Shown piece by piece: positions 11,068 to 21,305 of a stretch of 52,791 bases of DNA. Both the position numbers and the translations under genes were made by a program. Source of the DNA: a virus (lineage: Duplodnaviria; Caudoviricetes); the IMG/VR virus record IMGVR_UViG_3300020055_001962, positions 1 to 52,791 of that record; one strand, 5' to 3'. Position 1 is the stretch's first letter. Every line of letters starts with the position of its first letter. The notes below the pieces were generated by a model. That model worked only from the letters and a program-made list of their open reading frames with translations. It was not told the DNA's origin and ran no database searches.

Positions 11068-11667
11068 ATGAGTAACATGCAAGACACAAACAATTTTTTG
11101 GTGCAAGGACATATTAAGATCTTTGACCCCGAAACCCAAGAAGTGCTAATAAACAAGCGCAATGCAATTCACTACGAGAATATGAGTATTGCAATGGCCG
11201 AAAGTTTAGGTAACGAAGGGCAAGGATATATAACCACTATGAGCTTTGGAAACGGCGGCACTAGTGTTGATCCTACAGGGATTATTACATACCTTACACC
11301 AAACTCAACCGGAACAAACGCAAGTTTGTACAACGAAACATATTCAAAAATTGTAGACGATAGGAATGTAAACAATACAGATCCTGCACGTAACAAAATT
11401 GAAATACGCCATTTGAGCGGAACTAACTATACAGATATAGTTGTAAGTTGTTTGCTCGACTATGGTGAACCAAATGGACAACAAGCATTTGATACTGCAA
11501 GTAATGCAGACGATGCATATGTATTTGACGAGCTAGGCTTAAGAAGTTACTCATCCAGCGGCACTGGCAGATTGCTTACACACGTTATTTTCCATCCAGT
11601 TCAAAAATCACTTAACCGTCTAATCCAAATTGATTATACAGTACGAGTACAGAGCTTAACAGGGTAA
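11068..11667 (+). CDS. Putative baseplate/tail structural protein
   Basis: ORF 10999..11667; start moved to ATG 11068 (or 11077), after the late promoter and AGGA. Motifs NAIHYENMS, FDELGL and HPVQKSLNR resemble jumbo-phage baseplate-region proteins; lies within the tail module. Confidence 0.65.
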   Translation: MSNMQDTNNFLVQGHIKIFDPETQEVLINKRNAIHYENMSIAMAESLGNEGQGYITTMSFGNGGTSVDPTGIITYLTPNSTGTNASLYNETYSKIVDDRNVNNTDPARNKIEIRHLSGTNYTDIVVSCLLDYGEPNGQQAFDTASNADDAYVFDELGLRSYSSSGTGRLLTHVIFHPVQKSLNRLIQIDYTVRVQSLTG

Positions 11668-11677
11668 GGATTAAGAT

Positions 11678-13732
11678 ATGGCATACGAAATAAACTATAC
11701 TGACTCTGTAAACAAAGGTGCAATAACAATTGAAGACGGCACAATCAACCAGTCAACTTCTTTGGCATTTCCTGGGCGAACAACAACATCTTACGGTCAA
11801 GCAATTAATGAAAACTTTTTGCATTTACTAGAAAACTTTGCTAACTCGTCTGCACCTAATAGTCCTGTCGAAGGGCAATTATGGTATGACAATTCCGACG
11901 GTGTTGACCAACTTAAAATTTATGACGGAACTAACTGGGTAACAGCCGGCGGCTTGAAAAAAGCAGCATCTGCACCTGAAGTAGCAAATTCTAACCCAGG
12001 AGATTTATGGGCTAATACTGATACTCAACAGTTATATTTGTTTACAGGATCAAACTGGATTCTTATTGGTCCTGAATTTAGTGATGGTTTGCTTACTGGT
12101 ACTTCTGCAGACAACATTTTGGGCGACGATGACGTAGCATATAACATACTAACTGTAAAAATTGAAGATCAAATAGCAGCAATTTTTAGTAGTCAGGCCT
12201 TTGTTCCAAAAACTACTATTCCTGGATTTAGAGCAGGACTTAACGCTGGTTTAAATTTAAGTACTGAAGCACTTGTAGGTACAGAAATATTAAAATATTG
12301 GGGCACCGCTGAAAAAGCAGAAAGTTTAATTATCGGTGGAGAAGCAGTTGCAGCATCAAACTTCTTGAGAGGCAATGCAAGTTCAACAACAAACTTTGAT
12401 TTAAAAGTTAAAAATAACGAAGGTATACAAGTTGGTTCAGGTGGACAACTTAGTATGTTTATTAGTGGTGAAGCAGGTGTAATACAGCACAATGTTTCGG
12501 GATCTAATATTGACTTCCGTTTAAGAAATGGAGACTTAATACCAACAGTTTTAAGACTCGACTCAGCAGGAAACGTGGGTATTAATACAGGTGCTCCTGA
12601 AGAAAAATTAGAAATTTCCGGCAACATTAAAATAACTCCAGAAACAGGAGTTCCGGATAGCGGATTTATACAAGTTGAAAGTACTGTGCAATCATCAAAT
12701 ATTAGCACAGGTTCGATAAGAACAAAAGGTGGTGTCGGTGTTGCAAGAGATGTACATATAGGCGGAAATTTATATGTAGAAGGTGCAACGACTATTGCTA
12801 ACCTAGCACCAGATGCAAACTCATCTAGAAATATTGGTACTGCTAGTAATAAGTTCGATCAAATATATGCTAATACCTTCATTGGAAACATACAAGGTAA
12901 CGTAAGCGGTACAGTTTCTGGCAGAGCAGGTAGTGCAGATAAACTTGCCAGTGCTACAACATTTGCAGCAACAGGTGATGTAGATAATGTAAGTTTTGAG
13001 TTTGATGGTCAAACCGGCGGTTCGACAAAAACATTTAGTTTGCGTATTGCTAACAGTTTTATTAGTAACAAAGAGGTTACTTATGATGCAGGAAACGCAG
13101 ACGAACTATTATTAAACAAAACAACAGGTGATACGGGTGTCTACAGGATTACAAAGCGTAATTTCTTAAAAACTATTCCGCTAGTTCCTGCAGGAACGAT
13201 TGTACCGTTTGGTGGAGAAGAAGCACCCGATGGTTGGCTTATCTGTGATGGTGCCGAAGTTAAAAAATCAGATTACACTACTTTGTTTAATGTAATCCTG
13301 TACAATTTTAAAGATGCAAGTTTGCTTTCTGACGCTGGTGTTAATACTTTTGCATTGCCTGACCTGAGAGGAAGATTCCCACTAGGACTTGACAATATGG
13401 GCGGCCCAAGTGCTAATAGAGTAACAAACATTGCTGCTGATGCAATCGGTGGTAACGCTGGAACAGAAGAACAACCAATTAATACTAATAACTTGCCAGA
13501 ACACGAACATGACATGGAAGGCGATTCTGGGACACAATACTATGCAATGCGTGTTGGTTCTGGAGGAGTACTTGATGATGATGCTGTTCCGTTAACTATT
13601 GAACCAGGAGCAGGCGGCACACAAGGTTTTGCATCAAGTGGTGGTATCAAAACTACTGGAAGTTTAGGTGATCCGTTAGGAATTATGCCTCCTTATTTGG
13701 CATTGAATTATATAATTTATACTGGAGAGTGA
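11678..13732 (+). CDS. Tail fibre protein with C-terminal phage tail-collar domain
   Basis: Shared N-terminal domain (YGxxxNENFLxLLENF...GQLWYD). Tail collar signature VPAGTIVPFGG-APDGWLICDG...FALPDLRGRF; terminal MPPYLALNYII as in gp12-like short fibres. Confidence 0.85.
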   Translation: MAYEINYTDSVNKGAITIEDGTINQSTSLAFPGRTTTSYGQAINENFLHLLENFANSSAPNSPVEGQLWYDNSDGVDQLKIYDGTNWVTAGGLKKAASAPEVANSNPGDLWANTDTQQLYLFTGSNWILIGPEFSDGLLTGTSADNILGDDDVAYNILTVKIEDQIAAIFSSQAFVPKTTIPGFRAGLNAGLNLSTEALVGTEILKYWGTAEKAESLIIGGEAVAASNFLRGNASSTTNFDLKVKNNEGIQVGSGGQLSMFISGEAGVIQHNVSGSNIDFRLRNGDLIPTVLRLDSAGNVGINTGAPEEKLEISGNIKITPETGVPDSGFIQVESTVQSSNISTGSIRTKGGVGVARDVHIGGNLYVEGATTIANLAPDANSSRNIGTASNKFDQIYANTFIGNIQGNVSGTVSGRAGSADKLASATTFAATGDVDNVSFEFDGQTGGSTKTFSLRIANSFISNKEVTYDAGNADELLLNKTTGDTGVYRITKRNFLKTIPLVPAGTIVPFGGEEAPDGWLICDGAEVKKSDYTTLFNVILYNFKDASLLSDAGVNTFALPDLRGRFPLGLDNMGGPSANRVTNIAADAIGGNAGTEEQPINTNNLPEHEHDMEGDSGTQYYAMRVGSGGVLDDDAVPLTIEPGAGGTQGFASSGGIKTTGSLGDPLGIMPPYLALNYIIYTGE

Positions 13733-13733
13733 T

Positions 13734-15641
13734 GTGAGCTATCAATTAAACAAAACAAACGGAGACTTGTTAACTGAACTGGTAGATGGCCAGATAGATA
13801 CTAACTCTACAAATTTAGTTTTGGTTGGTAGAAATTATTCCGGGTACGGTGAATATTTTAATGAAAATTTTATTAAACTTTTAGAAAATTTTTCAAACAC
13901 AGCGGCTCCAACTAATCCTCTTTCAGGCCAACTTTGGTGGGATACTGCTGAACAACGTTTAAAAGTTTATGATGGAGAACAATGGAAAGCCTCAGGTGGA
14001 CCTTTTGTACAAACTGATTCGCCTACATTGGTTGCGGGAGATCTTTGGATAAATCCAAATGATAACCAACTATATGCTTTTGATGGTGAAGATCTTTTCT
14101 TAGTCGGCCCGCAATACACAACAGGCCAGCAAAAAAGCGGTTTTGAAATAGATAGTCTACTTGACGAGCAAAGTCGTTCGCGTAGTATTGTTAAATTATT
14201 TATAGCAAATAATCTTGTTGCTGTAATTAGTTACTTAGATTTTACACCAATTTATTCTCAACGAATTTTAGGATTAGTTACAGACAGTAATCCAGACGGT
14301 AGAATTTATACTGGTTACAATATTATTGATACTGAGAATTTTAAATTTAGAGGCATAGCAAGTTCTTCAAACGCACTTGTTTCTGAAACAGGCGTAGTAA
14401 GAACTGCTGACTCCTTTCTACCATCGGATGCAAATGGTGAAACAGTTGGTACATTAAAGATACTTAACAATGGTGGTTTAACAATTGGTGCTTCCCAAGC
14501 AAACGTACAAAAGATTGTTGGACCTCGTTTTTATATAGAAAACCAACTTAACGACAACGATATAAGTTTGCGTGTTGCATCATCTCTATATGGTAGTATT
14601 ACAGTTGATGCATTGTATATTGACGCAAGTACAGGGCGTGTAGGTATTTTTAATGTTGGTAGACTCCCTCAATATACATTAGATGTTGAAGGTGACTTGC
14701 GTGTTACTGGAGACTTATTAATTGAAGGCGATGCAACAAGTCTTGATGTTGCTACTTTGCGTGTAGAAGACAAGAACATCGAATTAGCAAAAACAGCCGA
14801 CGGTACAGTGCTTGATGGTGTTGATGCAGACGGCGCAGGTATAACATTAGATACGAATGATGTAGGAACAAAAACATGGACATGGTCTGATACAGAAGAT
14901 GCATGGCAATCAAATGTCCATATAGATTTATCAGACAATACTAAAACATATCAAATCGGTGGTCAAGATAAACTAACAAATACTAGTTTGACAAATATTA
15001 CCGATATAACAGATGTAGTAAGAATTAGTTCAACACTAGAATATCTTAATATCGACGACATAAACATAAATGGTGCTACTATAACAAATAGTGTAACAGC
15101 ATTAAGTCCGTTAGCACTAACTTCGTCAACAGGATTGAATATTACTGCTGGCGGCAACATTGCAATCCAAGATAGTCGAAAAATTACCGGACTTGCTGAT
15201 CCAACAGCGAATCAAGACGCTGCTACGAAATATTATGTAGACAATGTTGTTGCTACAGAAACTATCGTATTTTCGTTAGATATTACAGGATTAAGTTCTC
15301 CAAATGTTGTTGGAGTAGGAGATGGACCTATCAATGATGTTAGAGATATTTTAAATTCTTTGTATCCAGCAGCAACGGAAAATACCGGAAAAGTAGCAAA
15401 GATACATACTACTTCATATGCTGGAGCATCAGCAACTTTGGCTGCTGGCGATATTAACTCTGCTATTAACTACAGTAGAATTGATGTTGACAGCAACGGA
15501 ACACAAAACGAATCAGTTGTACAAGATTTTACTTTTGATTCAATTACAGGTGCAGTTACACTAGCACCTAATAGATATACAATGACATTCACATCAAACG
15601 GGACAGCATGGGAACATGATACAACAGTACTGTATACGTGA
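13734..15641 (+). CDS. Tail fibre/baseplate-attached protein (paralogue 2)
   Basis: GTG start; same N-terminal NENFxxLLENF/GQLWWD domain; fibre-type motifs GRVGI, LDVEGD and KITGLADPT..DAATKYYVD. Confidence 0.75.
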   Translation: MSYQLNKTNGDLLTELVDGQIDTNSTNLVLVGRNYSGYGEYFNENFIKLLENFSNTAAPTNPLSGQLWWDTAEQRLKVYDGEQWKASGGPFVQTDSPTLVAGDLWINPNDNQLYAFDGEDLFLVGPQYTTGQQKSGFEIDSLLDEQSRSRSIVKLFIANNLVAVISYLDFTPIYSQRILGLVTDSNPDGRIYTGYNIIDTENFKFRGIASSSNALVSETGVVRTADSFLPSDANGETVGTLKILNNGGLTIGASQANVQKIVGPRFYIENQLNDNDISLRVASSLYGSITVDALYIDASTGRVGIFNVGRLPQYTLDVEGDLRVTGDLLIEGDATSLDVATLRVEDKNIELAKTADGTVLDGVDADGAGITLDTNDVGTKTWTWSDTEDAWQSNVHIDLSDNTKTYQIGGQDKLTNTSLTNITDITDVVRISSTLEYLNIDDININGATITNSVTALSPLALTSSTGLNITAGGNIAIQDSRKITGLADPTANQDAATKYYVDNVVATETIVFSLDITGLSSPNVVGVGDGPINDVRDILNSLYPAATENTGKVAKIHTTSYAGASATLAAGDINSAINYSRIDVDSNGTQNESVVQDFTFDSITGAVTLAPNRYTMTFTSNGTAWEHDTTVLYT

Positions 15642-15645
15642 TAAG

Positions 15646-15653
15646 GATAAATA
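15646..15653 (+). promoter_or_regulatory. T4-like late promoter (GATAAATA)
   Basis: In the intergenic gap upstream of the AGGGG RBS and ATG 15682. Confidence 0.65.
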
Positions 15654-15681
15654 ATACTGTAACACTAGGGGTTAAGCACAA

Positions 15682-17187
15682 ATGGCATATCAAATTGACA
15701 GATACAACAACACACTGTTAACCATAGTTGAAGATGGAACAATTGATCAGACAACTGATCTTAAATTTATCGGTAAAAACTATGCTGGTTACGGTGAGAT
15801 ACAAAACGAAAACTTTTTATACTTGCTAGAAAATTTTAGCGGCGCTAATCAACCACCAAGACCACTGAGTGGTCAAGTTTGGTTTGATAGCGGAACTAGC
15901 AAGATGAGATTTTATGATGGGGTGCAATGGCGCACTATCGGTGGTGCAGAGGTTTCAGAAACTGAACCAACTGGATTAGCAATTGGTGATTTATGGTGGG
16001 ATTCTGTAAATGAGCAGTTGTATGCACTAGGTGCAAGCGGTTGGGTACTAATTGGCCCGCAAAACGCAGGCGAAGGTATTACCCAAATGCAAAGCCTGGA
16101 AGTTAGAGATAACGCAGATGCTACCCATATTATTATTGCAGCAACAATTGAAGACTCGATAATTTTCATTATTAGCCCCGATGAATTTGATCTAAGTACT
16201 ACACATGCGCTGTCAGTTTCAGTAAGAAGCCAAGGTTTTGATAGAATCAAAAAAGGTACTACCTTAAAGTGGACTAAGGCAGCAGATAACGGTGTTACAA
16301 ACAGTGCAGGCGAAGCAGGAAAAGATTTTTACTACTGGGGTACAGCATCTAATGCTGATAAACTAGGCGGCATTTCAGCAGCAAATTACTTAACATCTAG
16401 TTCACCTTCATTTAGTTCAGCAGTTGAATTTCCAGATGCTGGTATATTAATTGGTGACGATCAAGATTTACATATTAAAATCGAAGATGGCGATGATGCG
16501 GTAATCCAAAATGTTACTGGAACAAACAGTATTATTAAATTAAAAGCAACCAACGGCGCAGGTGCAATAACACATGCTCTTACTATTGATGCAACAGGTA
16601 TTAAGGCTGCAAGCGATAATGCATTTGACATAGGTGCAAGCGGAACAGCGTTTAGAGATATGTATGCTTATAGTTTTGTAGGTGAAGCAACTAAAGCAGC
16701 AACCTTGCGTGTAGGTACAGATTTCCGTTCTGCAAGTGTAAGTGCATCTAATAATACTGTTGCTGTACGTGATGCGACAGGTAACCTAGCAGCAAACCTA
16801 TTCCAAGGTACTGCTACTCAAGCACGTTATGCTGACTTAGCAGAAAAATACACAACAGATGAAGAATATCCAGTTGGTACTGTAATGGCTGTTTGCGAAC
16901 ATGGCGAACACGAAACAGAAAGTGCTGGAGTAGGAAGCCATGCAATTGGTGTCATTAGTGACAAACCGGCTTATTTAATGAACTCAGAAGCCGAAGGTCA
17001 AGCAATAGCACTTAAAGGGCGTGTTCCTGTAAGAGTAAAAGGTACAGTAAACAAAGGCGAAGCAGTGTATGTAGATGCAGACGGCTGCGCCAGCACAGCA
17101 ATCAATGGAGGATCGATTGTAGGTATTGCACTAGAGGCCAGTGACAAGCCAGAAGAAAAATTAATCGAGTGTGTACTCAAGGTATAA
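15682..17187 (+). CDS. Tail fibre protein with C-terminal intramolecular chaperone/autoprocessing (peptidase G2/S74-like) domain
   Basis: Same N-terminal domain; C-terminal ARYADLAEKY...GVIS..PAYLMN...IALKGRVPVRV...GIALE. Confidence 0.75.
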   Translation: MAYQIDRYNNTLLTIVEDGTIDQTTDLKFIGKNYAGYGEIQNENFLYLLENFSGANQPPRPLSGQVWFDSGTSKMRFYDGVQWRTIGGAEVSETEPTGLAIGDLWWDSVNEQLYALGASGWVLIGPQNAGEGITQMQSLEVRDNADATHIIIAATIEDSIIFIISPDEFDLSTTHALSVSVRSQGFDRIKKGTTLKWTKAADNGVTNSAGEAGKDFYYWGTASNADKLGGISAANYLTSSSPSFSSAVEFPDAGILIGDDQDLHIKIEDGDDAVIQNVTGTNSIIKLKATNGAGAITHALTIDATGIKAASDNAFDIGASGTAFRDMYAYSFVGEATKAATLRVGTDFRSASVSASNNTVAVRDATGNLAANLFQGTATQARYADLAEKYTTDEEYPVGTVMAVCEHGEHETESAGVGSHAIGVISDKPAYLMNSEAEGQAIALKGRVPVRVKGTVNKGEAVYVDADGCASTAINGGSIVGIALEASDKPEEKLIECVLKV

Positions 17188-17190
17188 ATA
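17183..17190 (+). promoter_or_regulatory. T4-like late promoter (perfect TATAAATA)
   Basis: Exact T4 gp55 consensus overlapping the upstream TAA stop; TAAGGA RBS before ATG 17226. Confidence 0.75.
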
Positions 17191-17225
17191 AGTACGTATA
17201 TAATAAACACTCATAAGGAAGTAAA

Positions 17226-18158
17226 ATGGCTATCATAGACTCAGCAAGGTTTAACAACCTGCAATCAAGAATTGAGCTTATTTTAGGTAATGGCGCCGGA
17301 CAAAATGGGTACGGACAGACAGTTGCAAGTGCAAATGTTACTAGTGACGGAAGCGATGTTGTCGAAGCATCAGACCTAAATAACATCTATACTGATATGT
17401 TAAAAGCAAGGGTTCACCAAGTTGGACCAAATGATATCAGTATCGCAGAAGTAATCCAAAATTTAAACGTAGTTGCAGAAGATACTAGTTTCTTTGTCGA
17501 CGATGACGGTAACGAAACAGCAGATCCGGACGGAACTAAAAAAGGCGTTGCTGATTTTGAAGACTTAATGTCATCTATTGAAACAGACAAGTTTATAGTT
17601 CATACAAGTCAAGCAACAGTTGAGCCTGCAATTAATAGCGTTAGAACAGCAAACTGGAACGGTTTAATTTATCACGAAGTTGCTGTAACATTTGTTGACG
17701 AAGACGCTAGAAGACATTTTTTTAACACAGGCGGTCAAATAAGATTTAATGCATCTAACACACTTGCTTCAACAGCAAAAGGATTAGACTGGGCTGCACT
17801 TTGTTCTGAAATTGGAACAGTTGTGTTCAACTATGATTCAACAATTTCAACAGGTGATGGTTCAGGTTCGGCTATCGGAAATTACGATCTAAACGGTTCT
17901 CTACAAATAATTTATCAAAAGGTAGGAGCTGGCACATACAGCGGTATCTATGCTGGTAACCTATATACTATTAAAGCAAGAATAGATACTAATAATAGAA
18001 TTATTTTCCGTATTGAGTTTAATGACGTAGTAACAGATCCTGCTATTGACAACAATGTAGATGGAAGACTTGAAAGTACAGTACAACATTACCGAGCAAT
18101 TGGTAGTTATGTAGAGGTTCCTGCACCTAGTTATTACAATGAACACACATTAGCGTAA
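17226..18158 (+). CDS. Virion structural protein (FFNxGG family, paralogue 1)
   Basis: GYGQT and ARRHFFNTGGQIRF motifs shared with 18226..19230; late promoter; tail module context. Confidence 0.65.
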   Translation: MAIIDSARFNNLQSRIELILGNGAGQNGYGQTVASANVTSDGSDVVEASDLNNIYTDMLKARVHQVGPNDISIAEVIQNLNVVAEDTSFFVDDDGNETADPDGTKKGVADFEDLMSSIETDKFIVHTSQATVEPAINSVRTANWNGLIYHEVAVTFVDEDARRHFFNTGGQIRFNASNTLASTAKGLDWAALCSEIGTVVFNYDSTISTGDGSGSAIGNYDLNGSLQIIYQKVGAGTYSGIYAGNLYTIKARIDTNNRIIFRIEFNDVVTDPAIDNNVDGRLESTVQHYRAIGSYVEVPAPSYYNEHTLA

Positions 18159-18200
18159 ATTTCTTCTTGCTCTTTTGTATCCTTTGTGTTATTATATACA

Positions 18201-18208
18201 AATAAATA
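18201..18208 (+). promoter_or_regulatory. T4-like late promoter (AATAAATA)
   Basis: Intergenic, followed by GGAG RBS and ATG 18226. Confidence 0.6.
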
Positions 18209-18225
18209 TCATGGAGAAGTGATTT

Positions 18226-19230
18226 ATGGCTACAACTACACCAATTACGGCAGCCCGTTATAACACTCTTAGAGCCCTAACAAACAAGGTTCTAGGGTCT
18301 TCCGTTACGGCAACACCAGATTATGGCTATGGCCAGACGTTTAACACCACTGCTGTAACAGGTGATTATGACACAAATTTAGCACTTACAGACAAAGTTA
18401 CAGCCCAGCAATACGAAGATCTATACATTGACTTGATAAGATTACGAGCCCATCAAATAGGAACCGGTTCCTTAACTGTTGATCCATTTGTTGTTGGTGA
18501 TTATGATACAAATCTTAGTGCTACAGATAAAGTTGAACTTGCATACATGCAAGGTTTGGAAACACTAGCGTCAGACATTGAAACTGATCGATTTGAAATT
18601 GACACTGTTGGACAAGCACAAGTTGTTGATCTACAAGATAGTGGCGGCACACAAATTGAAAGTTCTAGACTAAATTCAGTTAGCGGCAACTGGAATGGCA
18701 CAATTAACCATATTTTTACTTGTACGTTTACTTCTGCACAGCGTAGACGAGAATTTTTTAATGCAGGCGGACAGGTAAGATTTAGTGCTAGAGTTGTATA
18801 CTCAGGAGCGCAAGCAAAGACAGTTGATTGGCAGAACCAAATGTCTACTATGGGTGTTAACAGTTTTAAAGCCTATGAAACTATTAATAACAATTCTGTT
18901 GGTAGCGGCACTGCTAAAGGTAATTTTAATATTGGTACAACATACACACTTTGCTATACAAAGGCAGGCGGCGCAACGTATGCCAGAAACGATTATAGAA
19001 TTTATGCTCAAAACGTAAGCACAACACAAATTAGATTCAAAGTTGAATTTAACGATAATGCTCCTAACAATACAACATGGGGTATTGATGAACCAGTTTT
19101 TGGTGATTTTTACAGCACTATTGAATTACTACAACCGGACGGTTCTGTTACAATTAACGGAACAGTATACGATTCAGTTGTTATTCCTACGGCTGCACTA
19201 CCAGTTGGTGCAACAACAGCCGGTCTATAA
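18226..19230 (+). CDS. Virion structural protein (FFNxGG family, paralogue 2)
   Basis: YGYGQT, RRREFFNAGGQVRF and IRFKVEFND motifs, collinear with the previous gene. Confidence 0.65.
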   Translation: MATTTPITAARYNTLRALTNKVLGSSVTATPDYGYGQTFNTTAVTGDYDTNLALTDKVTAQQYEDLYIDLIRLRAHQIGTGSLTVDPFVVGDYDTNLSATDKVELAYMQGLETLASDIETDRFEIDTVGQAQVVDLQDSGGTQIESSRLNSVSGNWNGTINHIFTCTFTSAQRRREFFNAGGQVRFSARVVYSGAQAKTVDWQNQMSTMGVNSFKAYETINNNSVGSGTAKGNFNIGTTYTLCYTKAGGATYARNDYRIYAQNVSTTQIRFKVEFNDNAPNNTTWGIDEPVFGDFYSTIELLQPDGSVTINGTVYDSVVIPTAALPVGATTAGL

Positions 19231-19238
19231 AATTCTGG

Positions 19239-19267
19239 TTGACAGAATTTTTAACTTAGTATATACT
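19239..19267 (+). promoter_or_regulatory. Sigma70-type promoter TTGACA-17bp-TATACT heading the enzyme island
   Basis: TTGACA 19239-19244 and TATACT 19262-19267; AAGGAG RBS before ATG 19291. Confidence 0.8.
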
Positions 19268-19290
19268 AAAGAGACTAAAAGGAGTGACAA

Positions 19291-19638
19291 ATGGACGAAA
19301 AACTTTCCAAGGCGTTACAGTTCGCTAACTACACAAGAACTTTTGAAGATCAGAGACGTCTTCTTAAAGAAAAATACTTTGACAGTTTAGTTTTTTATCA
19401 TGCCGGTGGGCAGTTTACTATTGATAAAACGCTGTTGTCTTTTGTAGATCTTATTCTAAAAAAACAAACATCAGCAGTATTAATCGATGATAACGATAAT
19501 CCAATTCAAGTTGACGATCTACAATCTTTTTACGATGATATCCTTAGTTTGTATTTTGAGTCAAGTAATAACTTTTTTACAAAAATTACTAACTTAAAAA
19601 CTAAGAGATCTGTAGAAAAATTGGTGGATTATGACTAA
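19291..19638 (+). CDS. Conserved hypothetical phage protein
   Basis: 115 aa with strong RBS; GGQFTI and LIDDNDNPI motifs; function not recognised. Confidence 0.75.
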   Translation: MDEKLSKALQFANYTRTFEDQRRLLKEKYFDSLVFYHAGGQFTIDKTLLSFVDLILKKQTSAVLIDDNDNPIQVDDLQSFYDDILSLYFESSNNFFTKITNLKTKRSVEKLVDYD

Positions 19639-20473
19639 AGGATATTTGTTAATTGCACACAACAATAGTGCAAACGATTACTTAAAACAAGCAGTACATT
19701 GTGCAGAAAGAATAAAACAATACTGCAAAGGTGCGTCAGTATCTATTATTACAAACAGCAAGTCTTATTTGAAAAAGAATTATGATCATAAAGTGTTTGA
19801 TCATATTATTAATGCAAAAAAGATTTCTGGCTTACATGCTAATAATAGAATTATTTTTGACGGAGCACTTTCGAAAAAAACAGTTCAATGGAAAAATGCT
19901 GGCAGAGACCAGGCATATGAACTGACACCATACGATGAAACTATTCTTCTTGATACAGATTACATTTTTTCAAATAATAATTTAGATAATTGTTTTGGAA
20001 GTGTAAATGATATTATGATGTATAAAAAATCGCAATATCTTGGACATCAAGAAGTAAAAGAATTTAATCGTTGTGCAGATGCAAGTATTGACTTTTACTG
20101 GGCTACTGTTATATATTTTAGAAAAAGCGAAAAGGCCGAACGTTTGTTTGAGCTAGTAACCCATATTAGAGAAAATTGGTTTTACTATAATAATCTATAT
20201 AATATGAACAGTCCTAATTTTAGAAACGATTATGCATTTAGTATTGCAATACACACACTAAACAGTATGTTGTCAAATGGAAATTATGTTGCTCAATTGC
20301 CGGGCAAGATGTATTATACTAAAGATCAAGATTTTCTTGAAAATATTAAAGATGATAAACTAACATTTTTAGTAGGAAAAAAAGATCACTTAGGCGAATA
20401 CACAATGTTATCTTCTACCGGACTAAATGTACACGTTTTAAATAAAGCAAGTTTGGAGAGAGAAATTGGATAG
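19631..20473 (+). CDS. GT-A fold glycosyltransferase (GT8-like)
   Basis: GYLLIA N-terminal strand, TPYDETILLDTD (DxD), RNDYAF. Confidence 0.7.
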   Translation: MTKGYLLIAHNNSANDYLKQAVHCAERIKQYCKGASVSIITNSKSYLKKNYDHKVFDHIINAKKISGLHANNRIIFDGALSKKTVQWKNAGRDQAYELTPYDETILLDTDYIFSNNNLDNCFGSVNDIMMYKKSQYLGHQEVKEFNRCADASIDFYWATVIYFRKSEKAERLFELVTHIRENWFYYNNLYNMNSPNFRNDYAFSIAIHTLNSMLSNGNYVAQLPGKMYYTKDQDFLENIKDDKLTFLVGKKDHLGEYTMLSSTGLNVHVLNKASLEREIG

Positions 20474-21305
20474 AGGAATTGTATTAGTAGCTCAAAACAA
20501 TGGAGAGCATGATTATGTAGAACAAGCAACAGCTCTAGCCATGAGTTTAAAGAAACATAACAACGTAAATGTTTCTATAATTACAGATGATTATGTTACT
20601 CCAAATCAGCGAGAATATTTTGATCAAGTGTTACCAATTAGTTGGGGAGACATGGCAGACGGCAAGACTTGGAAAATTGAAAACAGATGGAAAGTCTTTT
20701 ATCAAACACCGTATAAAGAAACTATTGTTATGGATACTGATATGTTAGTTATGCGTAACATTGATCATTTATGGGATTTTTATTCTAATTATGATTTATT
20801 TTTTACAACTAGTCCAGTAACTTATCGAAATGAAAAATTAACTTCTCTCTATTACAGAGAAATTTTTGAAAAGAATAAATTGCCTAACATATATTCTGCA
20901 TTATACTATTTTAAAAGAACTCCGTTTAGTCATAACTTCTTTTCTTTTTTAGAATGTGTTGTTAAAGATTTTGACAGTTTCCAAGAACTGTTGTGTCCTA
21001 ATATGAAACAAGAAAGTCTAAGTATGGATGTCGCTATTGCTATGGCTATACAAGTAGCAGACATTGAAGACAAGGTTACAAATAAAAATTCTGATGTTTC
21101 TACTTTTGTGCATATGAAACCTTACGCACAAAACTGGCGTCAGCCTCGTTCGTCATGGCAACACACTGTTAATTCTTATTTTACAAACGATCTTGAGTTG
21201 TATGTTGGAAACTATAAACAAGAAGGTATCTTTCATTATACGGAAAAAGATTTTTTGGATAATGCAAATATTATAGATAAACTAGAGAGTTCTGAAGATG
21301 AGTGA
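20466..21305 (+). CDS. GT-A fold glycosyltransferase (GT8-like), paralogue
   Basis: GIVLVAQN, TPYKETIVMDTD (DxD), FVHMK, FHY; TTG start overlapping the previous stop. Confidence 0.7.
   Translation: MDRGIVLVAQNNGEHDYVEQATALAMSLKKHNNVNVSIITDDYVTPNQREYFDQVLPISWGDMADGKTWKIENRWKVFYQTPYKETIVMDTDMLVMRNIDHLWDFYSNYDLFFTTSPVTYRNEKLTSLYYREIFEKNKLPNIYSALYYFKRTPFSHNFFSFLECVVKDFDSFQELLCPNMKQESLSMDVAIAMAIQVADIEDKVTNKNSDVSTFVHMKPYAQNWRQPRSSWQHTVNSYFTNDLELYVGNYKQEGIFHYTEKDFLDNANIIDKLESSEDE

Noticed and set aside
18159-18200. Minus-strand TATAAT plus AAGGA in the 18158-18226 gap, suggesting an antisense gene
   Set aside because: No suitably spaced start codon or credible ORF follows; likely AT-rich coincidence
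1838-18701. Numerous 60-170 aa antisense and alternate-frame ORFs within the structural genes (e.g. 10679..11089, 12193..12708, 15912..16250)
   Set aside because: They lie within or across long motif-bearing genes, show no recognisable motifs, and have the composition expected of shadow ORFs
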